Shown one piece after another: positions 28,901 through 36,581 of a stretch of DNA of 43,454 nt; the first letter of the stretch is position 1, and every line of letters begins with the position of its first letter. The position numbers and the translations under genes were made by a program. The stretch is from IMG/VR virus record IMGVR_UViG_3300031760_000016, positions 1 to 43,454 of that record. One strand, written 5' to 3'. The stretch comes from a virus. Its lineage: Duplodnaviria > Heunggongvirae > Uroviricota > Caudoviricetes. The notes under the pieces are model-generated. The model did not search any database and was not told the origin of the DNA. It saw only the letters and a list, made by a program, of their open reading frames with translations.

Positions 28901-31900
28901 CAGAGCTGCTCTTGACGCGGCATCAACGAGCACTGATGATGCTACGGAAAAGGTGCGAACCCTATCAGATGCTTTCACGCTTCTGAACTCCGCCTACTCG
29001 TTTGCCGAGAAAACAGGTAGCGGCCAGGTTGACGCGATCAAAAACGCGATGGAACTGGTTGACGAACTTGTGAAGGCCAACCCGGAAGGCGAGTTACAGA
29101 GCTGGGTGGATCTCGTAGAAAGCTTCAACGCTGAAACCGGTGAGATTACCTGGAAGACTGAATACGTTGAGGAATACACAGAGGCGCTGTTCAGCAACTC
29201 TGAAGCAGTCGCCAAGCTGGAGGAACAGTTCCCGGGCATCACAAGCTGGTTGATAGATTGGTCGAATAACGCAGAAGAGGCAGCTAAACAGACTTTCACT
29301 TTGAGTGATGCATTCTCCGCGGTTCAGAGCGTATCTGACTTCCTGACCGAACTCGCCAACGGTGAGTCTGACATAACCCAGCAGATCAGTGACGCTCAGT
29401 CCATGGCGGAGCAGCTGAACAAGCTGAACGCAGATATGGAGGGCTGGACCGATGTAGACTGGTCGTATTTTGCGTCCGGCTTTGGGGCGGACGGGATCAA
29501 CTGGAATACGGAAGCTATGCGCAAACTGTCCGATGCAATTGTTGATGCACAGTTTGCAAACAATGAATTCGTACAGTCGCATCCGGAACTCCTGCAATCT
29601 TTGAAGGATCAGGCTGCTGCTGTGTTTGAACTCAAGGACAGCTATGCCGGCTTCTCTGAGGCTATCAAGCAGTACAATGATTCACAGGACGTGCTGCTGA
29701 AAGCGCAGCAGGAAATGGCGAATGGCGGATTGAGCGCTGACACCATTTCTTCCATTGAAGGTATGCTGGAAGAGCATGAGAAACTTACGGACTATCTCTA
29801 TGTGGAGAACAATGCGGTTAAGCTGAACGCGGAAGCGTGGGAAAAACGTCAGCAGTCTGTTGCTAATAGTGATATTAAGATCCTTGAGGCGCGTAAGGCT
29901 GCTCTTGTAGAAGAATTGCGTGAAGCTAATGAGGACTACAAGGCAACGCTTAGTGCCGGAGATATCGATGGTGCTTTAGGCCAACTGAGCGTGATAGATG
30001 GTATCGTAGAAAAGATAGGCGAAGTTGTAAGCCAGATTGATATTTATAAGGCAGCATGGAAAGACGCGACCACAGAGACCACTACCGAACTACTCGACTT
30101 TAGTAACGCACTCAGCTTTGTAAAGACGGGAGCCAGTTTCCTGACAAGTATGGCTGGCGGTACCGACATTCTGTCCGGACTTGAGTCCGTAAAGCAGCTT
30201 GTTGGCGCGTACAACGATTTGACTGATGCCGGTGTTGATTGGCATACCATAATTACCGGCATAGATGCAGAAACAGGCAACCTTACGTATAACAATGAGC
30301 GCGTTAGAGAGATGATCAATGGCATCATAGACGGCATGGCGGATGCTGAGGGCTTCTCAGCTGAGGTCAGAGCGGAAATGCATGAGTATATTGAGACTGT
30401 TGTTCAGGAGAAGTCTGCGTTTGAAGAATTGCAGGATGCGATGAACGGCGTATCCAGCGCCTCAAGCCTGATTTCAACAGCTCAGAACGAATTGACGCAG
30501 AGTGGCACCAATTCGCTTGACACCTTGTCGCAGTTGATGAACCTGTTTGGCGAAGACTGGGCATCATACGTTGATTTCGACGAAGGCATCAACATAAAGA
30601 TTGACGCAATCAGACAGCACTATGTCGATTCAATCAACGCGATGAAGGATGTTTCACCTGAGCTGCGGGAAGAACTGATAAAGGCGTTGGACGTTGAGGT
30701 CGAGGAACAGACGCTTGCCGATAAGATCAGCAAACTGATCAGCGACTCCAACACTGTCAGTTCCGCAAAGGCCGGCTATGGCAGCCAGATCACGTATGAG
30801 CAGTATCAACAGCTCACGGAGATCAGCAAGGAGTATGCCTACGCGGTAGAATTCAGCAATGGTATTCTTACACTCAATAAACAGAAGTTTGACGAGGTTA
30901 CGGAATCTATTCTGCAGACAAATCTGGCACAGATTGAGGCTGAGAAACAAGCGATCCTGACCAGCGACCGTTATAAGGAGCTCGCGAGCAAGGTTGGAGA
31001 ACTCAATGCCGAAGAACAAGCTGAGTTTGACAAGCTGAATGCAGACGCCATGGCATTTGAGGTTCTGGAGGGTCAGATTAAGAATGCCACTGCTGCCTAT
31101 CAGAAGTTCCTGGCTGCAAGTGACAATGCCAATAGTGATCAGTATGATGCAGCTACGAAGGCCGCTGAGGTGATTCGTAACACACTCTACAATACCGAGA
31201 GCGAAATCTATGGCATGGTTGGCCGTGAGCAGTTTACCGAGGCAGTACACTTCCTTATTGACCCAGAGATTGAGATAAACACACAGGAGTTTGACGAAGC
31301 GTTTAAGCGTGTTGAACGCTACCTGAAGGAAGGTGGCGAAGGCGTACAGAATTTCCTGGACGATCTGCAATCACATGGCTTTATTGATGAAAACAATGCA
31401 CTGACTGGTGACGTTGAAGAGATGGCCAAGGAGTTGGGTATCCAGGTTGATTACATCTATGCTCTGTTTGACCAGCTCAATCAGTATCTCACTGAGGAAA
31501 ATAAGGTCAGGATGCAGAATGGCGAGATTCTAAATGCTGATGAGCTGAAGAAGGGTGCAGATGCGCTCAACGAGGCAGCAGATGCTGCTGAAGGCGCAAC
31601 TGGCGCAATGAACGACACAAGCGACCAGGCCGACGATGTGCAGTCCAACTTGGAGAATGTCGCGACTCAAGTGAGTGACCTATCCGATCAGATTGACAAC
31701 TTGTCAGATAAGGAAGTTACAGTCGATCTTTCGCCCACTGAAAAGGCATTCGGTCGTGTATCTTCGGTTGTGACACAGCTTATGACGAAGCTTGATAACA
31801 TGGCCAAGAAGGTCATTGACATCAAGGTGAATTATACTGCTGGCTCCGTCCCGAGACTGAGTGGTGTGGCCGGCGTCTCCGGTTACAGTGCGGCTCCCGG

Positions 31901-34900
31901 AACGCTCGGAGCGCCTGGCGGACGCACTCTGGTTGGTGAGCTCGGACGTGAGATAGTTGTCGACCCGGAGACAAATACGTGGTATACAGTCGGTGACGGT
32001 GGTGCTGAGTTTGTCAGCCTGCCTGCGGGTGCACTGGTGTTCAACGCTGAACAGACAAAGCGGTTGTTCGCTGCTGGAAGGATCCCCGGACGCGCTGGTG
32101 ACGCAATGCTGTCAGGTAACGCTGCTGCGTCAATTAGAGCTGAGACTGGCAATGTTGGCGGCATAAAGGCTTCAAGTGGAAATGTTAGTATTACAACGGC
32201 GAAATCCAGTAAGTCAAGCAGCAGTAAGAGCAAATCATCGTCAAAGTCCAAGAGCAAAAGCAAGAAGAAGGTTTCAACCGCTTCGCTTGATGATTTACTC
32301 AAGGCGTATGAGGCTATTAACGCTGAAACAGAACATCTGATTGAGCATCAGGACGAGCTGTACGACCAGTCTGAACGAAATTATGATTTCAGCAGCATGA
32401 ATGACGCTCTAACAGAGCAGGCCAGGCTGTATAGGAAGATCATGGATGACAGTCAGGCCGGCATCAATGAAATGCTGAAGAACGGTGCGAAGGATACGGA
32501 CGAGCAGCTCCAGAAGATGGAGAAGTCATACTGGAACGCTGCAAACAGTTTCCAGGAGACGCTCAACAAGATCAACGATCTGTATGTTGACGCGCTGAAC
32601 GACCATATTGACGACATGCAGTCGGCGTTTGACACTCTGGTAAAGGCGGCAGACGAGTACAACGAGAATGGCACCATTACGGTGGACACATTCCAGTCGC
32701 TGTTGTCCAACGGCATTGAGTATCTTGACGTTCTCGATCTTGTGGACGGAAAGTACGTCGTCAATACGGATCGTGTAAACGAGCTGATTGCGGCTGAGAA
32801 GGAACAGCTCGCCATAGAATCGGCGATGAGCTATATGGATCGCGTGAGACAGGCGTTGACCGATGGAAACACCGGTGCGCTGGAAAAACTGTTGACCGCG
32901 AACATGGATCTCGTGAAGACCAAGCGCGAACTGATTGACACATCTCTTGAAGAGCTGAAGACTCTCGGGCTGACCGATGAGCAGTTTGAGCGGCTTTCTG
33001 GCAATATCAACAAGATTTTCGAGATCGGCCAGCATGTCGTGTCTGATATTGGCGCGAAGGTTGAAGAGGAAATTGAGACAATCACAGACCGTATTGAAAA
33101 ACTGAATGACCAACTGGATAAGATGCAGACCTCGTATGGTGATATCTCCGAAGCGCTGAAAGCCTACAATGAAAACGGAGAAATCACGTTGGATATGTTC
33201 CAGTCAATGCTGTCAAATGGCATTGAATATATGAGGGTTCTGGATTATATTGACGGCAAGTACGTCGTTAATACAGAACGCGTTCAGGAATTGGTCAAGG
33301 CGCAGAAGGAACAGCTTGCTGTTGAATCGGCACTGAACTATATAGATCAGGTCAGACAGGCTCTGACCGATGGTAACACAGAATCTCTGGAACGACTGAT
33401 AGATGTTACTGGTGATTACGCTTCTGTGTCACGTGACGTGATCTGGACTGCGATGGGTCAGGTCAAGGCTCTTGGCCTTACCGACGACCAGACTCAGAAA
33501 ATGTTTGACAACGTGTACGCGATGTTGGATGCTGCGGATCGCGTGATTACAGATCTATCCAAAGAGACAAAGGAAGCTAAGGAAGAGGCTGAAGAAGCTG
33601 AAGAGGAAGCTGTGGATCTTAGCGCTGTGCTTGATGATCTTCAGTCTGCCTATAGCACGCTAAACAAGGTCGCAGAGGAATACAATGAGAATGGCGTCAT
33701 CACCGTTGACACGTTCCAGTCGTTGCTTTCTGGCGGGCTGCAGTATTTGAGCGTACTGGATCTGATAGATGGAAAGTACGTTGTCAATACGGAACGGATG
33801 CAGGAGCTGCTTACCGCAGAGCGTGAGCAGCTTATGGTCGATACGGCGCTGAACTATCTGTCAGAGATCAAACAATCTCTGATTGATGGAAACACAGAGA
33901 AGCTGCAGTCACTGATTGACGCAAATGACGCTGTGGCGAGTTCGTCACGCGCTGCTGTACGTGCTGCTCTTGAAGAGCTGAGAGCGTACGGTTTGACCGA
34001 AGACCAGGTTGAAGCACTTTCTGGCCGCCTTGAGATGCTGTTCGATGTTACGGATAAGACCGTATTTGAGCTGGAAAAGGTGGAGGAAGAAGCCGAGGAG
34101 GTCGTTGACATCCTGAAGCTGCTCAACGACAGCATTGACGGAATCCAGTCGGCGTTTGATGATCTGCAGAGTGCCATTACGGAATACAATGAATACGGTG
34201 AAATAACCATTGATACATTCCAGAAGCTGGCACAGAACGGCCTTCAGTACATGGCGATGCTTGACGAGCAAAACGGCGCGTATTACCTGAATACCGACGC
34301 TGTTGAGGCGATGATCGCTGCTGAGAAGGAGCAGCTTGCCGTTGAGACAGCGATGAATTACATCAAACAGGTCAAGACGGCTGCTGAAAGCGGCGATGCG
34401 GCTACGCTCGCCATCCTCACAGGAATCACCAATCAGTTCACCAACGCTACCTGGGGCGCGGTTGCCGCAGAGGCAGCTTTGTTGTCCACGATGGGACTGA
34501 CGCCTGACCAGCTTGGCGCTGTGTTTAGCAACATTGCAAAATTCCAGAATATCTCCAGGGCAACGGGCGGACATATCACGCGGTATAAGCGTGCGTCGTC
34601 TGATGTGGCAAAGTCTTCGTCCAGCACTGCCGATCATTTCAAGGATCAGCAGGATGCGATGGAGGATATCATTGGCTTAGTCCAAGAACTTATCAAGTAT
34701 GAGACAAAGCAGAAGATCCAGGCGATTGAGGATGAGATAGCTGCATACCAGGAGATCATCAATCTCAAGAAAGAATCCCTCCGTAGCAGCAAGGATGAGG
34801 ACGATTACCAGAAGAATATTGCCAAGAAGACCAAGGAGATCGCACGCGTCCAGGCGAAGATCGATCAGCTGTCTCTGGACAACAGCCGTGAGGCTCGCGC

Positions 34901-36524
34901 AGAGCGCAACAAGCTGATTGAAGAACTGAACCAGATGCAGGAGGAACTTGGCGAGATTCAGGTGGATCATTCCATTGACGCACAGGAGGACGCGCTGGAC
35001 AAGCTGGCCAAGGAGTACGACGAGAGCCGTCAGGGCGAGATCAAGTCCTTGGAGGACAGTATTTCTTCCACTGAAAAATTGTATCAGCTTGCAATTCAGC
35101 GCATTGACACCCAGTGGGACACGCTGTTCCAGGACATTATTAAATGGAACTATGATGCCGGCACCCGTATAGAGGAGGACATCGTAAAGGCGTGGGAGCT
35201 TGCAACCCAGGCGGTTCAGGATTATGGCTCATGGGTTGATGCATACTCCAATGTTACACTGAACGTCAATACTTCCAGTGGTGGTTCTGGCGGCAGTTAT
35301 GACAGCGGGTATGACGACTGGGATTACGGCGGGATTGATATAAGCGACTTCGGCGATAGCGAGGATGATTTCTCAAAGCAGCTTGAAGCCGAACTTGAAA
35401 AGCTGAAGAAACAGCAAGAGGAGGCAGAAGCTGCCAAGAAGCTTGCCGAAGAAGCTAAGAAAGTTGAAGACGCGAAGCAAAAAGCAGCCGATGCCGAAGC
35501 AGAGCTCAAGAAAGCACAAGATGCAAAGGAGAAGGCAGAAGCCGAGCGGAAAGCAGCCGAGGCTGCCGCAGATCAAAGAGCTGCCGAGGAAGCTCGGAAG
35601 AAAGCTGAAGAAGAACAGAAGGCTGCAGATGAAGCGCGTAAGCGTGCGGAAGCCGCAGCTGCTGTTCAGCGGGCGGCTGAAGAAGCGCAGAGAAAAGCAG
35701 AACAGGAAGCTGCTGACGCTGCCGCCAGAAAAGCCGCCGAGGAAGCAGAGCGTAAACGTAAAGAAGAAGAAGCAGCGCAGGCAGCAGCCAAGCAAAACCA
35801 GGCGTCATCACAGACCGTTCAACCGCAGGCTGAGGAGCAGGTGAATGCTGTGACCATCAAGAGCGGCCATTATTATATGTATGCTACCAACAAGAATAGG
35901 AAAGCCGAGAATCGTTTGAAGAGCGGTGGCAAAGAAGTCAAGGCTTATGCCGGCGATTACTACGAGATCATCGGAGAGGATGGCAAATGGTATAAGGTTA
36001 AGCTTGACAGCAGCATAAATGGCGGTGTTGGCTATATTGGCAAATATGATGTCAGCAGTGGAAAGGCTTTGACCAAGACGTCCATGGTTGCACGCAGTCT
36101 TATCAAGAAGTACCATACTGGTGGTGTCGTTGGCGATGATGATTTTGGTGATGATGAGGTTCTTGCTGTCCTCCAGAAGGGCGAACTTGTCCTGACGAAG
36201 AAAATGAAACAGGGCGTGTACCAGATCGTGGACTTCGCCAAAGAACTGTCCAAGCGCCTTGGCGTTGCGATTGGTTCTGTCAGCTCTGTGCCGCGATTCA
36301 GCACATCCCTGCCGGAACTGGCTGCCGCTACCGGTGGTGTGAGCGGAAATCAGATCATATTCAACCCTGCCATCAGTGTTTCAATTGAAGGTGCTGGAAG
36401 TCTGGATGCTCAGACGGCCAATATGTACGGCCAGCAGATTGCTGACGTGGCTATTGACAGGATGTACAACACATTCCAGCAGCGTGGACTTGGAGGAATA
36501 TTTGGAACAAAACTGAAGAAATGA
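22902..36524 (+). CDS. Giant tape measure protein (4540 aa)
   Basis: TP901-type tape-measure core (ELDAAMTELKKVTD…FAISSTGVGEALLRSAAAL, about 25950-26830), long coiled coils, hydrophobic segments, C-terminal YHTGG…LQKGELVL motif. Confidence 0.9.
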   Translation: MAKKNGISGSADFSTQINVALNVDGAAMAAAEASIQKFQKAIVDLGNTMSAMARGNDINKYWNTYASSIEGVSEAYKRFTRAWGEADRATAASDFIKSLHSFKALGNDTTVFLEKYGEGFREAAHEASGLAKSTVEAFSITNLKSAFESFDRMKEMGLELEDVFDKLNSKDTNELQRSLDILSTKFAKAQEDLRQAREELQGFESGAGIDVLNDKIEQLESKLSYLVDTMKEEFRDFLSANNFAGHDLYEEGRFHDYFESIEEGYTTAKEAIAGFKQEYDYLLKENAENSSGMRSVGREIDENAEALIRHGEALSNIASQSETVNDVIENLAELANRSGEAGEGINNIYDSITNVVSGLSNLNSLSEDKVIGISNMLSQIARLGNAQGTGNSVKNIAAALNSLSGIGNVSNLAILSSLDFTGFKSFEGLKVSKAALTNLATYLPPISNVNVAVLERLAGIDWSKLKTLRVNSNAIEELKKFTDTASGETGAENAATGVGSIEEKAKNAESALKGINDTVTGIRDSFVNLKEAVVESLNFDKPTRDIQSLRDEVAKLSTNIDAMTTSYERMQRVRLSAEQKANVAGEASILDSEKRAAKKAYDALLGGNYDPAVVAELTARYREFVSAISDVEAKHKTLGAQGQEVISMITAQGAAFRNDVAALGELAKESQEAEAAQEKLAGAAKKQEDQLKANNLKEYVKDLASIRKEVNSMQNDLMALVNSGGKYEGLEQAIEDSLRLDRLLTDKEQRSKLGQTGSLDYLRKQVAVLKENTDGMMALAKAEAEAADEAKKLEKTNAAESMKKMLSELNKIQTEAKNGLSSLSDSKYDEEAVLGIRQHYQELVDKIAEYRTGQKEVTEDVVTNLRSEANAIQDSIDALKRKTSAAQENARVEQTGAKQTELSARREATLLKQAEGLRGRISAYIQGNTKAYSMYGEQLNQLLSELNQNASITPEKLSQIATEFAKIQNAAKLAGATGKTFFDSLKDIWKRYSGWTLVTKAMMSVLNTFKKMISNVKELDAAMTELKKVTDLTAAGYQRFFNTAAKTAKEIGATITDTINATADFARLGYGVEEAASLAKAALVYKNVGDGINSINDASESLISTLKAFGDEAYDAMQVVDMFNEVGNNFAISSTGVGEALLRSAAALAGAGNTLEESIGLITATNAIIQNPESVGTSMKTMTMYLRAAKTELEDAGESSEGCAESVSKLRSELMSLTKVDIMKSENEFKSTYQIIKELSEKWGEMTDVTRANVTNLLGGKRNANVIQALMTNFQDAEKAAETAANSMGSAFLENQKYLDSIQGRIDIVKAKFEELSQSVISSDIVKFVISLSGGLIDVFNALSKVNLLLPTLTLAVTHLIGFGLAKDVQKIVNGVVSSLNVTGVDSSRIISDMTVAVAGLSAQQQKLTIDMVNNAAASGLLSKEYATQIVDALQLTTANTGLAASAHGVAAGLKAAWTAIPVIGKVAMVVSVAIAALQHFMSKSKEAHDNAIDTADGIVSSYDTAQKSFDRNMKTIDGLKERFYELSKGVDDNGNNINLTADEYAEFMGIIDQLVDISPSIVLAYDSQGNKVLEYKDAIRQAADEQERLNEANRKAYIAGGPDIIKGGRTKSQDYEADLLLMGQYVEDAFSVGFDSVQDEKYEKAYALYELLNDQLGILKSISSYDEWILYDGQLPVKDIEAMRTLYENAEHFYALAQESGLFDPRELEALNNAINNMSSVYAAMASEEEVVISYMMERFRDQSWFKDLPLDAIKQLRDSLADVIDLTDDSVTPERMIADLLEYGRQFAELFTNDDVKSVANAGNALKDIDKTTKDGRQAIETYNTMVDQLISSLREAGETGDLEGLKNYLLSLTNAAQESVPSLEEESREIMSLSDTLKYLSDSYAILSKVRSEMDANGGISNDTLSSMISALSDGEDINKYISVENGLLKVNIEAWEARSVAKTEDSISIMQQENDELMRENELLLERADRGQTQLYDQYDKNAEKIKKNSQQIIIYRAALDAASTSTDDATEKVRTLSDAFTLLNSAYSFAEKTGSGQVDAIKNAMELVDELVKANPEGELQSWVDLVESFNAETGEITWKTEYVEEYTEALFSNSEAVAKLEEQFPGITSWLIDWSNNAEEAAKQTFTLSDAFSAVQSVSDFLTELANGESDITQQISDAQSMAEQLNKLNADMEGWTDVDWSYFASGFGADGINWNTEAMRKLSDAIVDAQFANNEFVQSHPELLQSLKDQAAAVFELKDSYAGFSEAIKQYNDSQDVLLKAQQEMANGGLSADTISSIEGMLEEHEKLTDYLYVENNAVKLNAEAWEKRQQSVANSDIKILEARKAALVEELREANEDYKATLSAGDIDGALGQLSVIDGIVEKIGEVVSQIDIYKAAWKDATTETTTELLDFSNALSFVKTGASFLTSMAGGTDILSGLESVKQLVGAYNDLTDAGVDWHTIITGIDAETGNLTYNNERVREMINGIIDGMADAEGFSAEVRAEMHEYIETVVQEKSAFEELQDAMNGVSSASSLISTAQNELTQSGTNSLDTLSQLMNLFGEDWASYVDFDEGINIKIDAIRQHYVDSINAMKDVSPELREELIKALDVEVEEQTLADKISKLISDSNTVSSAKAGYGSQITYEQYQQLTEISKEYAYAVEFSNGILTLNKQKFDEVTESILQTNLAQIEAEKQAILTSDRYKELASKVGELNAEEQAEFDKLNADAMAFEVLEGQIKNATAAYQKFLAASDNANSDQYDAATKAAEVIRNTLYNTESEIYGMVGREQFTEAVHFLIDPEIEINTQEFDEAFKRVERYLKEGGEGVQNFLDDLQSHGFIDENNALTGDVEEMAKELGIQVDYIYALFDQLNQYLTEENKVRMQNGEILNADELKKGADALNEAADAAEGATGAMNDTSDQADDVQSNLENVATQVSDLSDQIDNLSDKEVTVDLSPTEKAFGRVSSVVTQLMTKLDNMAKKVIDIKVNYTAGSVPRLSGVAGVSGYSAAPGTLGAPGGRTLVGELGREIVVDPETNTWYTVGDGGAEFVSLPAGALVFNAEQTKRLFAAGRIPGRAGDAMLSGNAAASIRAETGNVGGIKASSGNVSITTAKSSKSSSSKSKSSSKSKSKSKKKVSTASLDDLLKAYEAINAETEHLIEHQDELYDQSERNYDFSSMNDALTEQARLYRKIMDDSQAGINEMLKNGAKDTDEQLQKMEKSYWNAANSFQETLNKINDLYVDALNDHIDDMQSAFDTLVKAADEYNENGTITVDTFQSLLSNGIEYLDVLDLVDGKYVVNTDRVNELIAAEKEQLAIESAMSYMDRVRQALTDGNTGALEKLLTANMDLVKTKRELIDTSLEELKTLGLTDEQFERLSGNINKIFEIGQHVVSDIGAKVEEEIETITDRIEKLNDQLDKMQTSYGDISEALKAYNENGEITLDMFQSMLSNGIEYMRVLDYIDGKYVVNTERVQELVKAQKEQLAVESALNYIDQVRQALTDGNTESLERLIDVTGDYASVSRDVIWTAMGQVKALGLTDDQTQKMFDNVYAMLDAADRVITDLSKETKEAKEEAEEAEEEAVDLSAVLDDLQSAYSTLNKVAEEYNENGVITVDTFQSLLSGGLQYLSVLDLIDGKYVVNTERMQELLTAEREQLMVDTALNYLSEIKQSLIDGNTEKLQSLIDANDAVASSSRAAVRAALEELRAYGLTEDQVEALSGRLEMLFDVTDKTVFELEKVEEEAEEVVDILKLLNDSIDGIQSAFDDLQSAITEYNEYGEITIDTFQKLAQNGLQYMAMLDEQNGAYYLNTDAVEAMIAAEKEQLAVETAMNYIKQVKTAAESGDAATLAILTGITNQFTNATWGAVAAEAALLSTMGLTPDQLGAVFSNIAKFQNISRATGGHITRYKRASSDVAKSSSSTADHFKDQQDAMEDIIGLVQELIKYETKQKIQAIEDEIAAYQEIINLKKESLRSSKDEDDYQKNIAKKTKEIARVQAKIDQLSLDNSREARAERNKLIEELNQMQEELGEIQVDHSIDAQEDALDKLAKEYDESRQGEIKSLEDSISSTEKLYQLAIQRIDTQWDTLFQDIIKWNYDAGTRIEEDIVKAWELATQAVQDYGSWVDAYSNVTLNVNTSSGGSGGSYDSGYDDWDYGGIDISDFGDSEDDFSKQLEAELEKLKKQQEEAEAAKKLAEEAKKVEDAKQKAADAEAELKKAQDAKEKAEAERKAAEAAADQRAAEEARKKAEEEQKAADEARKRAEAAAAVQRAAEEAQRKAEQEAADAAARKAAEEAERKRKEEEAAQAAAKQNQASSQTVQPQAEEQVNAVTIKSGHYYMYATNKNRKAENRLKSGGKEVKAYAGDYYEIIGEDGKWYKVKLDSSINGGVGYIGKYDVSSGKALTKTSMVARSLIKKYHTGGVVGDDDFGDDEVLAVLQKGELVLTKKMKQGVYQIVDFAKELSKRLGVAIGSVSSVPRFSTSLPELAAATGGVSGNQIIFNPAISVSIEGAGSLDAQTANMYGQQIADVAIDRMYNTFQQRGLGGIFGTKLKK
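28527..31000 (+). repeat. Seven degenerate 99-149-aa modules in the TMP
   Basis: Module starts at 28527, 28962, 29301, 29652, 30099, 30429, 30726 with a recurring LSD(A)…G…(E)NG.L..N.E pattern. Confidence 0.6.
32590..34600 (+). repeat. Four tandem ~170-aa repeats in the TMP
   Basis: YNENG.IT.D.FQ.L…G.Y..NT…EQL anchors at 32658, 33165, 33681, 34185 (spacing 507, 516, 504 nt). Confidence 0.92.
35380..35800 (+). repeat. Ala/Glu/Lys/Arg low-complexity helical linker
   Basis: Repeated AAEEA/RKAEE units. Confidence 0.85.
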
Positions 36525-36527
36525 AAA

Positions 36528-36553
36528 CTGCCCGCGTGAAATATCGCGGGCAG
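36528..36553. terminator. Perfect 9-bp stem-loop after the TMP
   Basis: CTGCCCGCG-TGAAATAT-CGCGGGCAG. The better U-tract is on the minus strand (TTTTCATTT). Confidence 0.55.
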
Positions 36554-36581
36554 ATTATAAAGAAGGAGGTGAGCGTCTAAA

